DNA of 55,638 bases from Halorussus marinus (GTDB lineage: Archaea > Halobacteriota > Halobacteria > Halobacteriales > Haladaptataceae). Made by a program: the position numbers and the translations under genes. The notes under the pieces were generated by a model. The model did not search any database, was not told the DNA's origin, and saw nothing but the letters and a program-made list of their open reading frames with translations. The number at the start of each line of letters is the position of its first letter. Position 1 is the stretch's first letter. The stretch lies in assembly GCF_004765795.1 (NCBI RefSeq), contig NZ_SBIV01000004.1:310001-365638 (forward strand), read 5' to 3'. This document shows, in pieces, positions 41,162 through 50,960 of this stretch.

Positions 41162-42412
41162 CTACACCGGCTCGCCGAACGCGTACACCGTGCTGTGGCC
41201 CGTGATCTCCACGTCGACGAAGTCGCCGGGCTCGATCCCGTGCTCGGAGGCGTTCTGGACGATCACCTGCCGGTAGGCTTCGTCGTAGCACTTGACCGAG
41301 TCGGCGGTGCCGTCCTCGACCGCCAGCACCTCGTGGGTCTGGCCGACCATCGCGTCGTAGGCGTCGGCCACCACGTCCATCTTGGCGTCGGTCATCTCCT
41401 TCGAGCGCTCCTTTTTGAGAGTCCCGCCCAGACCTTTCAGCTCTGCGGCGTCGGTCCCCGGCCGCTTCGAGAACCGCGTGACGTTGATCTTCTCGGGGCG
41501 GGTCTCTCGGAGGAGCGCCAGGCTCTGGGCGTGGTCTTCGGGCTCCTCGGTCGGGAACCCGACGATGAAGTCGGTCGAGAGCGTCCAGTACTCCAGAACG
41601 TCGTCGAAGGTCTCGACCAGTTCGACGTACTCGGACACCTGATGCTGGCGGCGCATCTCACCGAGCACGTCGTCGCTCCCCGACTGGACCGGCGCGTGGA
41701 TGAAGTTGTAGAGCTTCTCGTTTTCGGCGAACACCGCCGCGAGCTCCTCGCGGATGCCGTGGACGCCCTTCGGGTTGGCCATCCCGACCCGCACGCGGAA
41801 CTCGCCGTCGATGTCACAGATGCGCTCTAAGAGCTCGGGGAGCTTGCGCTCGCCGTCGTCCCAGCCGTAGACGCCGGTGTCTTGGCCGGTGATCCGGATC
41901 TCCTTCGCGCCGGCGTGGACCAGCGCGCGGGCCTTCTCGACGTTCGCTTCGACCGGCGGGGAGTCGATCTTGCCGGTCGCGCGCTTGGTGATGCAGTACG
42001 AGCAGTCGGACATGCAACCGCGCGCGATGGGGAGGATGCCGATGACCCCGTCGAGGACGGGTTCGGCGTCGGGGGTCGTGGTCGGACACTCGCCGTTGGT
42101 GACCGCGGTCGGCACCTCGTCCCAGTGGAGCACCTCGGCGTCGACGCCGGCCCGCCGGAACTCCTCGCCCTGCGCCAGCGCCATACAGCCGGTCACGATG
42201 AGGTCGGCGGTCTCGCCTTCGAGCTCTTCGGCCCGCCGAAGCATGTTGCGTTCGGTTTTCTCGACCACGGTGCAGGTGTTGAGGATCGCCACGTCGGCCT
42301 CCTCGGGGCCCTCGACCGGGTGGTGACCCGCGTCCCGGAGCCGCCGCTCTATCTCGCGGCTCTCGCCGCGGTTCGAGGTGCAACCGTAGGTCTCGATGTG
42401 ATACCGGGCCAT
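41162..42412 (-). CDS. tRNA t6A37 C2-methylthiotransferase (archaeal/eukaryotic MtaB type), radical SAM
   Basis: UPF0004 domain ETYGC/NTC/GC, CxxxCxxC (CMSDCSYC), QSGS, DFIVGFP and a C-terminal TRAM domain. Confidence 0.9.
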   Translation of the reverse strand: MARYHIETYGCTSNRGESREIERRLRDAGHHPVEGPEEADVAILNTCTVVEKTERNMLRRAEELEGETADLIVTGCMALAQGEEFRRAGVDAEVLHWDEVPTAVTNGECPTTTPDAEPVLDGVIGILPIARGCMSDCSYCITKRATGKIDSPPVEANVEKARALVHAGAKEIRITGQDTGVYGWDDGERKLPELLERICDIDGEFRVRVGMANPKGVHGIREELAAVFAENEKLYNFIHAPVQSGSDDVLGEMRRQHQVSEYVELVETFDDVLEYWTLSTDFIVGFPTEEPEDHAQSLALLRETRPEKINVTRFSKRPGTDAAELKGLGGTLKKERSKEMTDAKMDVVADAYDAMVGQTHEVLAVEDGTADSVKCYDEAYRQVIVQNASEHGIEPGDFVDVEITGHSTVYAFGEPV

Positions 42413-42597
42413 TCGCTGTCGCTTTCTTTCGGCTACGCGGTCAAAAGACCGACGAATCACCACGACCGTTTGCTCGCTCCGGTCGCTCGCGCCACGACTG
42501 TCGGTGTCCCGTCTGGACGGCGTCGTGGGGTGCGGGACGGCCGCCGATGCTCCGGCCATCGTAACGACCAATACGCGCAGGCGAGCAACGTCGGGGC

Positions 42598-43608
42598 ATG
42601 TGGCTGACTCTCGGGTACGTCGGGCTCGCGGTCGTCGCGACCGGCGTCGTCTGGGCCGGTAGCTCACGGCTGGAGCGGGCCGCCGACCGGCTGGCGGCCT
42701 ACTACGGCGCGCCGCCGATCATTCAGGGCGCGATCATCGCGGCGGTCGGATCGAGCTTCCCCGAACTGTCGAGCGTGGTGCTGGCGGCGGTTCTGCACGG
42801 CGAGTTCGAACTCGGCGTCGGGGCCATCGTCGGGTCCGCCATCTTCAACATCCTCGTGATCCCGGGCCTCTCGACGCTGGCGGGGCAGGGAAAGCTCCAG
42901 TCGAACCGGAGCCTCGTCTACAAGGAGGCCCAGTTCTACATGCTCTCGGTCGCGGTCCTGCTGTTGACGTTCTCGTTCGGGGTCATCTACTACCCCGCGG
43001 CCGACGGGCGACTCGCCGGCCGGGTGACCCGACCGCTGGCGCTGCTTCCCCTTGCGCTCTACGGGCTGTACGTGTTCATCCAGTATCAGGACGTGCGCGA
43101 CCTGCGCGAGACGCGCGTGACCGACGGCGTGGACGCGCTCGGGCTGTGGGGCCTGCTGGCGGTCAGCCTCCTCGCCATCCTGGTCGGCGTCGAGGGGCTG
43201 GTCCGGGCCGCGCTCGGGCTCGGTGCGACGCTCGGGACGCCGAGTTTCATCTGGGGGCTGACCGTCATCGCGGCGGGCACCAGCCTGCCCGACGCGTTCG
43301 TCAGCGTGCAGGCCGCCCGGAAGGACAGCGACGTGACCAGCATCGCCAACGTGCTCGGGAGCAACGTCTTCGACCTGCTGGTGGCGGTTCCGGTCGGTGT
43401 CCTGCTGGTCGGCTCGACGGTGATCGACTTCGGGTTCGCGGCGCCGATGATGGGCGCGCTCACGATGGCGACCATCCTGCTGTTCGGGCTCATGCGCACC
43501 GACCTCGAACTCACCGACCGCGAGGCCTACGTCCTGCTCGGGGCGTACGCCGCGTTCGTCGGGTGGCTCGTGCTGGAGTCGATCGGCGTGACCAGTCTGG
43601 TACTGTGA
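42598..43608 (+). CDS. sodium:calcium antiporter (CaCA/YrbG family)
   Basis: Alpha repeats GSSFPE/GSAIFN and GTSLPD/GSNVFD. Confidence 0.9.
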   Translation: MWLTLGYVGLAVVATGVVWAGSSRLERAADRLAAYYGAPPIIQGAIIAAVGSSFPELSSVVLAAVLHGEFELGVGAIVGSAIFNILVIPGLSTLAGQGKLQSNRSLVYKEAQFYMLSVAVLLLTFSFGVIYYPAADGRLAGRVTRPLALLPLALYGLYVFIQYQDVRDLRETRVTDGVDALGLWGLLAVSLLAILVGVEGLVRAALGLGATLGTPSFIWGLTVIAAGTSLPDAFVSVQAARKDSDVTSIANVLGSNVFDLLVAVPVGVLLVGSTVIDFGFAAPMMGALTMATILLFGLMRTDLELTDREAYVLLGAYAAFVGWLVLESIGVTSLVL

Positions 43609-43621
43609 GCCCGCGCCGACC

Positions 43622-44263
43622 TCAGTAGTTCTGCCGGAAGTCCTCGACGATTTCGACCCCCGAGCTCGCGCCGATGCGCTCGGCGCCGGCGTCGAACATC
43701 GCCGCCGCGGTCTCGTAGTCGCCGACGCCGCCGCTCGCCTTGACCGGGAGGTACTCGCTCATCAGTTCCACGTCCGGGACCTCGGCGCCGCCGTCGGCGA
43801 ACCCCGTCGAGGTCTTGACGAACGCGGCGTCGGCCTCGGCGGCCGCCTCGCAGGCGGCGCGCTTCTCGTCGTCGGTCAACAGCGCGGTCTCGATGATGAC
43901 CTTCACCGGGACCGGGACCGCGGCGACCACCTCCTCGACGTCGGCCCGGACCGCCTCGCGGTCGCCGGCCTTCAGCCGGCCGACGTTGAGCACCATATCG
44001 AGCTCGTCGGCGCCGTCCTCGTAGGCGACGGCGGCCTCCTCGCGCTTGGCGGCGGTGGCGTGCTGGCCGTGGGGAAAGCCGATCACGGTCGCGAGGGTCA
44101 CGTCCGGTGCGTACTCGGCGGCCTCGGCGACGTAGCACGGCGGGATGCAGGCGTTCATCCCGTAGTCGGCGGCCTCGTCGAGAACGGCGCACACGTCGTC
44201 GAAGGTCGTCTCCGGGCCGAGGACGGTGTGGTCGATACGCGCGGCGAGTTCGGCGTCGTTCAT
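43622..44263 (-). CDS. deoC: deoxyribose-phosphate aldolase
   Basis: [35 protein letters not shown] and RIGAS motifs. Confidence 0.95.
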   Translation of the reverse strand: MNDAELAARIDHTVLGPETTFDDVCAVLDEAADYGMNACIPPCYVAEAAEYAPDVTLATVIGFPHGQHATAAKREEAAVAYEDGADELDMVLNVGRLKAGDREAVRADVEEVVAAVPVPVKVIIETALLTDDEKRAACEAAAEADAAFVKTSTGFADGGAEVPDVELMSEYLPVKASGGVGDYETAAAMFDAGAERIGASSGVEIVEDFRQNY

Positions 44264-44319
44264 ACGCGAACGGAGGCGGCGTGCGGACAAAAATGGGGCG
44301 GCATCCGGCGCGTCCCCGA

Positions 44320-44345
44320 CCGCTTTCTTTAAGCCTTTAAGCGTG
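44320..44345 (+). promoter_or_regulatory. TATA-like boxes upstream of adk
   Basis: TTTAAG occurs twice about 25-35 nt upstream of the adk ATG, typical haloarchaeal promoter spacing. Confidence 0.45.
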
Positions 44346-44363
44346 GCCGCCGGACTCGGAGGT

Positions 44364-45008
44364 ATGGAGCCACACATTCTGATACTCGGCGCGCCCGGCG
44401 CGGGCAAGGGAACCCAGAGCGACCGCATCGTCTCGGAGTTCGGCGTCGACCACGTCACCACCGGCGACGCGCTCCGCGGGAACAAGGAGATGGACATCAG
44501 CCACCTCGGGCTGGAGTACGACACGCCCGGCGAGTACATGGACAAGGGCGAACTCGTCCCCGACGCGGTGGTCAACGAGATCGTCGAGACCGCGCTCGAG
44601 GAGGCCGACGGCTACGTCCTCGACGGCTACCCGCGCAACCTCGAACAGGCCCAGACGCTCTCGGAGATGACCGACCTCGACGTCGTGCTCTACCTCGACG
44701 TCGACGAGGACGTGCTCGTCGACCGGCTGACCGGCCGACGGGTCTGCGAGGAGTGTGGCGCGACCTACCACGTCGAGTTCAGCCCGCCCGAGCAAGCAGG
44801 CGTCTGCGACGAGTGTGGCGGCGACCTCTACCAGCGCGAGGACGACACCGAGGAGACCGCCCGCGAGCGCATCCGCGTCTACGAGGAGAACACCGCGCCG
44901 GTCGTCGAGTTCTACGACGAGGAGGGCCAGCTCGTCCGGGTCGACGGCGAGGGGAGCCCCGACGAAGTGTGGGCGGACGTGAGCGACGCCGTCGAGACCA
45001 ACGCCTGA
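44364..45008 (+). CDS. adk: adenylate kinase
   Basis: [27 protein letters not shown], a Zn LID (CEEC...CDEC) and REDD. Confidence 0.96.
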   Translation: MEPHILILGAPGAGKGTQSDRIVSEFGVDHVTTGDALRGNKEMDISHLGLEYDTPGEYMDKGELVPDAVVNEIVETALEEADGYVLDGYPRNLEQAQTLSEMTDLDVVLYLDVDEDVLVDRLTGRRVCEECGATYHVEFSPPEQAGVCDECGGDLYQREDDTEETARERIRVYEENTAPVVEFYDEEGQLVRVDGEGSPDEVWADVSDAVETNA

Positions 45009-45161
45009 GCCGGCGCTCGTTTCGCCGACCCGACACTCGGACCGCGCCCTAAAGGCCGCGAACCGGCCCGGCGGGTCGGCCTGCGCTCGGACGGGATCGT
45101 AACCGACCCGCGAGCGCACGAGAGCGAAAGTTGATTAACGGAGGATACCAAACCCGGAGTA

Positions 45162-46073
45162 ATGGCACGGACCGCGGACAAAGTAGAGTCGCTCGTCGCC
45201 GAGGATTCGGCGATGGCCGACGTCCTGGCGGTCGTCTACGACCGCACGGACGCCGGCGACGAGCCCATCGAGTGGGCGGACGTCAACGACGCGCTCACGA
45301 GCGGTCAGTGGGGCCGACTCATCGAGAAAGACGTACTCACCAGTGACGGCGACGAGTTCCGACTCGCGGACCCCGACGCCGTCGAGGCCGCGCTCGAAGA
45401 CGACCCGACCACCTCGGTCTCGACCGACGACGACACCGACGTCGACATCGACGACGACGAATCGTCGTGGACGATGTGGGACAAGATGGCCGCGCTCGGC
45501 TCCGTCGGGCTGTTCCTCGGCTACTCGCAGACGCCGATCCGGAACGCCATCGGGAGTACGGTCAACATCCTCGTCGGCCCGCTGGAGTCGGTGTTGCCGT
45601 TCTACGTCGTCGTGATGGTGCTGGCGCTCGTGACCGGACTGTACTCGACGCTGCTGCAGGCGAACCTCATGAACATGGACAAGATGAGCGCCTACCAGCA
45701 GCGGATGAAAGACATCCAGGAGAAGCGCAAGGCCGCCAAAGAGCGGGGCGACGACGAGGCGATGGAGCGCATCCGCGAAGAGCAGATGGACGCGATGGGC
45801 GACCAGCTCGGCATGTTCAAAGAGCAGTTCCGCCCGATGGTCTGGACGATGTTCCTCACCATCCCCGTCTTCCTCTGGATCTACTGGATGGTCCGGGACG
45901 GCCACATCCCCGACGCCGAGTGGAACATCGTCGTACCGCTCGCGGGAGACGTCGGCTGGCAGGACGGCGTCGCCGGTCCCATGCGGATGTGGATCGTCTG
46001 GTACTTCCTCTGCTCGATGGGGTTCACCCAGCTGATCCGGAAGTCGCTGAACATCCAGACGACGCCGACCTGA
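45162..46073 (+). CDS. DUF106 / EMC3-TMCO1 (Oxa1 superfamily) membrane insertase
   Basis: TM segment, coiled coil, QFRPM and WIVWYFLCS motifs, in the conserved position between adk and cmk. Confidence 0.88.
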   Translation: MARTADKVESLVAEDSAMADVLAVVYDRTDAGDEPIEWADVNDALTSGQWGRLIEKDVLTSDGDEFRLADPDAVEAALEDDPTTSVSTDDDTDVDIDDDESSWTMWDKMAALGSVGLFLGYSQTPIRNAIGSTVNILVGPLESVLPFYVVVMVLALVTGLYSTLLQANLMNMDKMSAYQQRMKDIQEKRKAAKERGDDEAMERIREEQMDAMGDQLGMFKEQFRPMVWTMFLTIPVFLWIYWMVRDGHIPDAEWNIVVPLAGDVGWQDGVAGPMRMWIVWYFLCSMGFTQLIRKSLNIQTTPT

Positions 46074-46141
46074 CCCGCGAACCGCCCGACGCCCCCGCCG
46101 GAGTTCAAAACCTCTTTTGCCCCCGGGCACCGAGACCGGAT

Positions 46142-46717
46142 ATGTTGATAACGGTCTCCGGACCGCCCGGTAGCGGAAAGAGCACGACCGCCTCTAACCT
46201 CGCCGCCGCGCTCGATCTCGAACACATCAGCGGCGGCGACATCTTCCGGAAGCTCGCCGACGAGCGCGGCTACACGCCCCTCGAGTTCAACAAGCTCGCC
46301 GAGGAGGACGACCAGATCGACCGCGATCTGGATCGGCGCCTGCGCTCGATCGCGGTCGACCGCGACGACGTGGTGCTCGAATCCCGGCTCGCGGGGTGGC
46401 TCGCCGGCGACCACGCCGACTTTCGGGTCTGGCTCGACGCGCCCCTCGACGTGCGGGCCGAGCGAGTCGCCGACCGCGAGGACAAGCCGGTCGAGGAGGC
46501 CCGCGAGGAGAGCGCCGCCCGCCAGTCCAGCGAGGCCGATCGGTATCGGGAGTACTACGGCATCGACATCACCGACCTCACCATCTACGATCTCGCGGTC
46601 AACACCGCCCGCTGGGACGCCGATTCGGTGCTCGATATGCTCGTGACCGCGGTCGGCGACTACGACCCCGCGACTGACGAGGGCACGTACCCCGTCGAAG
46701 CCGACTACGAGTTCTAA
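46142..46717 (+). CDS. cmk: cytidylate kinase (archaeal type)
   Basis: [27 protein letters not shown] and RYREYYGID motifs. Confidence 0.94.
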   Translation: MLITVSGPPGSGKSTTASNLAAALDLEHISGGDIFRKLADERGYTPLEFNKLAEEDDQIDRDLDRRLRSIAVDRDDVVLESRLAGWLAGDHADFRVWLDAPLDVRAERVADREDKPVEEAREESAARQSSEADRYREYYGIDITDLTIYDLAVNTARWDADSVLDMLVTAVGDYDPATDEGTYPVEADYEF

Positions 46718-46721
46718 CTCC

Positions 46722-47591
46722 ATGCTCCGCGGACCCCCGAACGAACGGACGCCGGCCGAACTGCTCGACTTCGGAGTCGTGAACCTCGACAAGCCGCCGG
46801 GACCCTCCGCCCATCAGGTCGCGGGGTGGATCCGGGACGCCGCGGACGTCGAGCAGGCCGCCCACGCCGGGACGCTCGACCCGAAGGTGACGGGATGTCT
46901 CCCGACGCTGACGGGGGCCGCGACCCGCCTCTCGCAGGTGTTTCTGGAGGGCCAAAAGGAGTACGTCGCGGTGCTGGAACTCCACGACGATCCGCCCGCG
47001 GACCTCGAGGCGATCGTCGCGGAGTTCGAGAGCCCCCTCTACCAGAAGCCGCCCCGAAAGAGCGCGGTCGTCCGGAAGCTACGGGTCCGGGAGGTGTCGG
47101 CACTCGACGTGCTGGAGGTCCGCGACCGGCAGGCCCTGCTCCGAATCCGATGTGAGAGCGGCACTTACATCCGGAAGCTGTGTCACGATATCGGGCTCGC
47201 ACTCGGGACCGGGGCCCACATGGGCGACCTCCGCCGGACCGCGACCGACCCGTTCGACGACCGGACGCTCGCGACGATGGAGGCGTTCGTCGACGCGCTC
47301 GCGCGGTGGCGCGAGGAAGGCGAGGACGACTGGCTCCGGGAGGTCGTCCGACCGGCCGAGCGCGCGCTCGAACACCTCCCGGCGGTGACCGTCGCGCCGA
47401 GCGCGGCCGCGGAGATCGCCCACGGCGCGCAGGTGTACGCCCCGGGCGTGATCGACAGCGACGACGCCGACGAGGGGGAGTTGGTCGCCTGTTACACGCC
47501 CGACGGCGCCGCGGTATGTCTCGGGACGATGGCCGGCGACCCGGACGCCGACGCGGGCGTCGCCGTGACGTTAGAGCGCGTGTTGGTGTAG
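46722..47591 (+). CDS. cbf5: H/ACA RNP pseudouridine synthase Cbf5
   Basis: DKPPGPSAH, HAGTLDPKVTG, YQKPP, GTYIRKLC and a C-terminal PUA domain. Confidence 0.94.
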   Translation: MLRGPPNERTPAELLDFGVVNLDKPPGPSAHQVAGWIRDAADVEQAAHAGTLDPKVTGCLPTLTGAATRLSQVFLEGQKEYVAVLELHDDPPADLEAIVAEFESPLYQKPPRKSAVVRKLRVREVSALDVLEVRDRQALLRIRCESGTYIRKLCHDIGLALGTGAHMGDLRRTATDPFDDRTLATMEAFVDALARWREEGEDDWLREVVRPAERALEHLPAVTVAPSAAAEIAHGAQVYAPGVIDSDDADEGELVACYTPDGAAVCLGTMAGDPDADAGVAVTLERVLV

Positions 47592-47641
47592 GGGATCGCC
47601 GCCACACCCACCTTTTTGTCGCCGCCGGGACTCTCGCCGGT

Positions 47642-48742
47642 ATGCAACTCGGCACCGCCGTGGCCGCGCCCGGCGAACTCGCGACCGGCTGGCTCGACGT
47701 CACCGACCTCCCGACCGGCACGCCCGAACGCCTCCCCGTTCTCGTCGCCGAGGGCGAGCCCGACGGCCCCGAACTCTGGGTGACGGCCGCGATCCACGGC
47801 AACGAGGTCACCGGGCTCGCGGTCGCACAGGACCTGTTGACCGACGACCTCCCCGGCGAGATCCGGGGGACGGTGGTCTGTCTGCCGACCCTCAACCCCG
47901 CGGGCCTGCGCCGCACCACACGGACGTCGTACTACGACGACGAGGACCCGAACCGCTACTTCCCGGACCCCGACGCCGAGCGGTCCCGGCCGCCGAGCGT
48001 CCAGCAACTCATCGACGAGCGCGTCTACGAGGCGTTCGCCGACTCGGCGGACGCGCTCGTCGACCTCCACACCGCCCACGTCGGATCGATGCCGTTCCTG
48101 ATCCGGGACCGGGTACTCTACGGCGAGAGCGAGGCGCGATCCGACTCGGACCGGTCGCGGGACTACCGGACCGAAGCCGAGGCCCGCGAGCTCGCGGGCG
48201 AGCTCGAATCGCTGATCGAGGCGTTCGGTATGCCGATCGTGAACGAGTACGCCGCCGAGGAGTACACCGAGCAGAGCCTCCAGCGCTCGACCGCGGGCGC
48301 GGCGCTCAACAACGCCGGCATCCCGGCGTTCACCGCGGAGCTCGGCGGCCACGAGGTCGTCGACGAGTCGGTCCGCGAGGCCGCGGTCACGGGCGTCCGA
48401 AACGTGATGTGCGAACTCGGCGTGCTCCCCGGCGACCCCGACCCCGACGCCGTGGGCCCGGACGCGCCGGTCGAGTACCCGGTCAAGCGGGCGGTCCATC
48501 CCCACACCGACACGCCGGGCATCGCGCGCCACCGGGCGACCGCCGGCGACGCGGTCGAGGCCGGCGACGTGATCGCCGAGATTCTCACGCCCCACGGCGA
48601 GCACAAGGCGACGGTCGAGACCGACCACGACGGCTACGTGCTCGGGCGGATGCACGGGGTCGCGGCCTACGAGAACGACGCGCTGGCGAGCATGGCGGTC
48701 CGGGACGACGGCGATCTGGTGGTCCCACGATCCGAGGAGTGA
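47642..48742 (+). CDS. succinylglutamate desuccinylase/aspartoacylase (M14) family protein
   Basis: IHGNE, DPNRYF, DLHT, ELGG and a C-terminal barrel-sandwich hybrid domain. Confidence 0.88.
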   Translation: MQLGTAVAAPGELATGWLDVTDLPTGTPERLPVLVAEGEPDGPELWVTAAIHGNEVTGLAVAQDLLTDDLPGEIRGTVVCLPTLNPAGLRRTTRTSYYDDEDPNRYFPDPDAERSRPPSVQQLIDERVYEAFADSADALVDLHTAHVGSMPFLIRDRVLYGESEARSDSDRSRDYRTEAEARELAGELESLIEAFGMPIVNEYAAEEYTEQSLQRSTAGAALNNAGIPAFTAELGGHEVVDESVREAAVTGVRNVMCELGVLPGDPDPDAVGPDAPVEYPVKRAVHPHTDTPGIARHRATAGDAVEAGDVIAEILTPHGEHKATVETDHDGYVLGRMHGVAAYENDALASMAVRDDGDLVVPRSEE

Positions 48743-48760
48743 AACGAAGCGCTTAACTCG
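48741..48760 (+). promoter_or_regulatory. putative tRNA promoter (BRE plus TATA-like CTTAAC)
   Basis: GAAACGAAGCGCTTAAC lies about 30 nt upstream of the mature tRNA 5' end. Confidence 0.5.
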
Positions 48761-48787
48761 GGGACGGCCCTTGGATGGAATGCAGGC

Positions 48788-48858
48788 GGGACCGTAGGGT
48801 AGTGGTATCCTCTGCGCATGGGGTGCGTTGGACCTGAGTTCGAATCTCAGCGGTCCCA
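48788..48858 (+). tRNA. tRNA-Pro(GGG)
   Basis: Acceptor stem GGGACCG/CGGTCCC-A, D arm with TGG, anticodon loop ATGGGGT and T arm CTGAG-TTCGAAT-CTCAG. CCA is not encoded. Confidence 0.93.
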
Positions 48859-48970
48859 CTAAAACTTATCCAAGCCGTTCATATTCTAAAGGTAGAAGCC
48901 CCAGCTATCCATCGTTCGATTGGGAAATCGTTGGCTTAACTTTCATCTCCCTGAAACGGAGGGTCGCCTG

Positions 48971-49279
48971 ATGGCGGTCCTCCACAACCCCGAGGCCATT
49001 CAGTCCGACGATCAGGAGGCCGCCTCGGGTGAACTCGCCGACGGGTCCGCGTCTGACCCCGATCTCGACCAGTGTCAGTTCTGCGCAGCGAGCGTCACCG
49101 AACGGTTCCGCAAAGTCTACGGTGACAATCAGGACATCGCCCACCGCTGTCTCCAGTGCGACACGAGTACGCGCCTCCAGAAAGGAAGCGCCGCGGGTCA
49201 CGACGTCGACCACGTCGACCCGCAGGACGAGCCCTGGCGCATCCGCAACGGCCACGCGAACCGCGGAGGTGCGTTTTAG
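48971..49279 (+). CDS. small Zn-finger protein (CxxC...CxxC) of haloarchaeal mobile elements
   Basis: GGAGG RBS upstream, and CQFCAASVTERFRKVYGD...HRCLQC. Confidence 0.7.
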   Translation: MAVLHNPEAIQSDDQEAASGELADGSASDPDLDQCQFCAASVTERFRKVYGDNQDIAHRCLQCDTSTRLQKGSAAGHDVDHVDPQDEPWRIRNGHANRGGAF

Positions 49280-49405
49280 ATGGCGACCGCCGACGATCTG
49301 GCGGTCCGGTTCGTGACCGGCCGCGAACTCGCCTCGGTTGAAGCCGACGCCGTCCTCGATCCTGCCGACCTCTGGCGTACGGGGGGTGAGCGCCATGTCG
49401 AGTGA
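49280..49405 (+). CDS. 41-aa acidic microprotein (absent from the ORF track)
   Basis: MATADDLAVRFVTGRELASVEADAVLDPADLWRTGGERHVE. GGAGGT RBS upstream, abuts the upstream stop and overlaps the next start. Confidence 0.55.
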   Translation: MATADDLAVRFVTGRELASVEADAVLDPADLWRTGGERHVE

Positions 49406-49871
49406 TATCACGGCTAGTGTTTCGAGCAAGCACGCCGGAGAGCGCGCGGCTGCGGAAGCGCTCGAAGAAGTCCCCGGACTCGGCCACGCCCCAGACACGG
49501 TCTCTCCGCACTACGACGCAGTCGCGACCGTCACACTGAGACCGGACTTCGATCTCCGTGATCTCGACGCTGTCCCGCAGGGTACCCGTGTCGAGATCAA
49601 GAGCGCGATGGTCGTGTACGCGAGCGGTGAGCGCGGCCGGTTCTACTTCCGGCCCTCACAGCACGATGCACTCCTCAACGTCAACGGCGTCTACCTGTTC
49701 GTCGTCTGCGAGCCCACGCCCGACCGCGACATCCTCGCGATGACGATCGTGTCGGCCGTCCGCGTTGACGACCAGCTCCCCGAGTGGTTCAACGGTGGCG
49801 ACGGTCGCTCGGACTACGCCCAACTCGCGTGGAGCAACTTCGTCGCGCCCGCGGAGGTGAGCCAACGGTGA
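49395..49871 (+). CDS. putative PD-(D/E)XK-superfamily nuclease
   Basis: GE..A helix, YDA and VEIKS arranged like the restriction-endonuclease-fold catalytic residues. GGGGGTGA RBS upstream. Confidence 0.55.
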   Translation: MSSDITASVSSKHAGERAAAEALEEVPGLGHAPDTVSPHYDAVATVTLRPDFDLRDLDAVPQGTRVEIKSAMVVYASGERGRFYFRPSQHDALLNVNGVYLFVVCEPTPDRDILAMTIVSAVRVDDQLPEWFNGGDGRSDYAQLAWSNFVAPAEVSQR

Positions 49872-50383
49872 CGCTCCACACAACTTACTTCAGCGGCGTC
49901 AACACCCACTACGAACCCGCCGACACCGACCTGGTTCTCGGCGTCGTCAGGTATCCGAAGGACTTCGTCGACCGCGTCACCGATCGAAACATCCCCGCGG
50001 TTGCACCACCCGACGACCTCCTCGACGCCTTCAAGACCGTCGAAGAGGCCGCCGACCGCGACGGCGTCGAGAACCCCAGTGCCGTCGCATGGCAGGGCGT
50101 CGACTTCGAAGAGCGATACCGAGATCATCTCGGTCAAGCGGGCCAACAACAGGTGCTCGACGAGCTGCGAGCGCGTATCCAGCAGCGCGACGTGTGGCTC
50201 GTCTGTTGGGAGAAAGACCCGCGATACTGTCATCGCCGCCTGCTGGCTGACGTTCTGCTCGAAGATATCGATACCGAGGCGGTTCATCATCCGGACCCGA
50301 CAGAGATCGAGGAGCGCGACGATGAACAGGACACGTCGACGCTCGCCAGTCTGACGGAGTTCTCGGGAGGTGAGACAGCATGA
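49868..50383 (+). CDS. DUF488-family protein
   Basis: GTGA overlap. LHTTYF, VAPP..LL, FEERY and LVCWEKD...CHRRLLA motifs. Confidence 0.75.
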   Translation: MTLHTTYFSGVNTHYEPADTDLVLGVVRYPKDFVDRVTDRNIPAVAPPDDLLDAFKTVEEAADRDGVENPSAVAWQGVDFEERYRDHLGQAGQQQVLDELRARIQQRDVWLVCWEKDPRYCHRRLLADVLLEDIDTEAVHHPDPTEIEERDDEQDTSTLASLTEFSGGETA

Positions 50384-50730
50384 CGGTGCGCGAGTCGGCC
50401 AGCGACCTCGTTGAACCACGCACCATCGTCCTCATCGCCGACTACGATGAACATCTCGACGCCGCATTCTGTCCGCTTTGCGGTACCGACGTGACCAGCA
50501 CGATCGGGACGCCGACCGTGCCGGCTGGGCTCCTGGAGGCGCACGTCGACGACGATCTCCCGGTTTACGGCTGGCGCTGTGAGTGTCGTCGGGTCGAGGT
50601 TGTGCTTCCGGCACCCGTCGAAGTCGCACCGGACCACTTCGCGAGCGTCGATGCCCAGAGTAACGGCGAGACAGTCTCGATCACTACCCCAGAGCCAGCG
50701 CTCAACGCTGCGCTCGCGGAGGTCGCATGA
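50380..50730 (+). CDS. hypothetical protein with CPxCG and CxC motifs
   Basis: ATGA overlap, GGAGGTGA RBS, CPLCG and CEC. Confidence 0.65.
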   Translation: MTVRESASDLVEPRTIVLIADYDEHLDAAFCPLCGTDVTSTIGTPTVPAGLLEAHVDDDLPVYGWRCECRRVEVVLPAPVEVAPDHFASVDAQSNGETVSITTPEPALNAALAEVA

Positions 50731-50960
50731 CACAGAACTACGTCGACGAGGTGAGTCTGCGACTTGCCGTTTCACCTGAACAGCACTCGACCGACGACGC
50801 TACTCTGTACGTCTCAGACAATCCCGGAGCACGCGGCATCCGTCTGTCAGCTCGTGGCGGTAGCCCGGGAACCCTCGGAGAGCTCCACTTGACCCGCCAA
50901 CAGGCCGAGTCGCTACGCGACCACCTCAATCATCGTCTCTCTCGGGGTGACGAGTCGTGA
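50727..50960 (+). CDS. hypothetical protein
   Basis: ATGA overlap and GGAGGT RBS. C-terminal LTRQQAESLRDHL helix. Confidence 0.6.
   Translation: MTQNYVDEVSLRLAVSPEQHSTDDATLYVSDNPGARGIRLSARGGSPGTLGELHLTRQQAESLRDHLNHRLSRGDES

Noticed and set aside
44364..47591. adk-DUF106-cmk-cbf5 detached from secY and the ribosomal protein operon
   Set aside because: To my knowledge this separation is common in Halobacteria, so it is ordinary housekeeping context.
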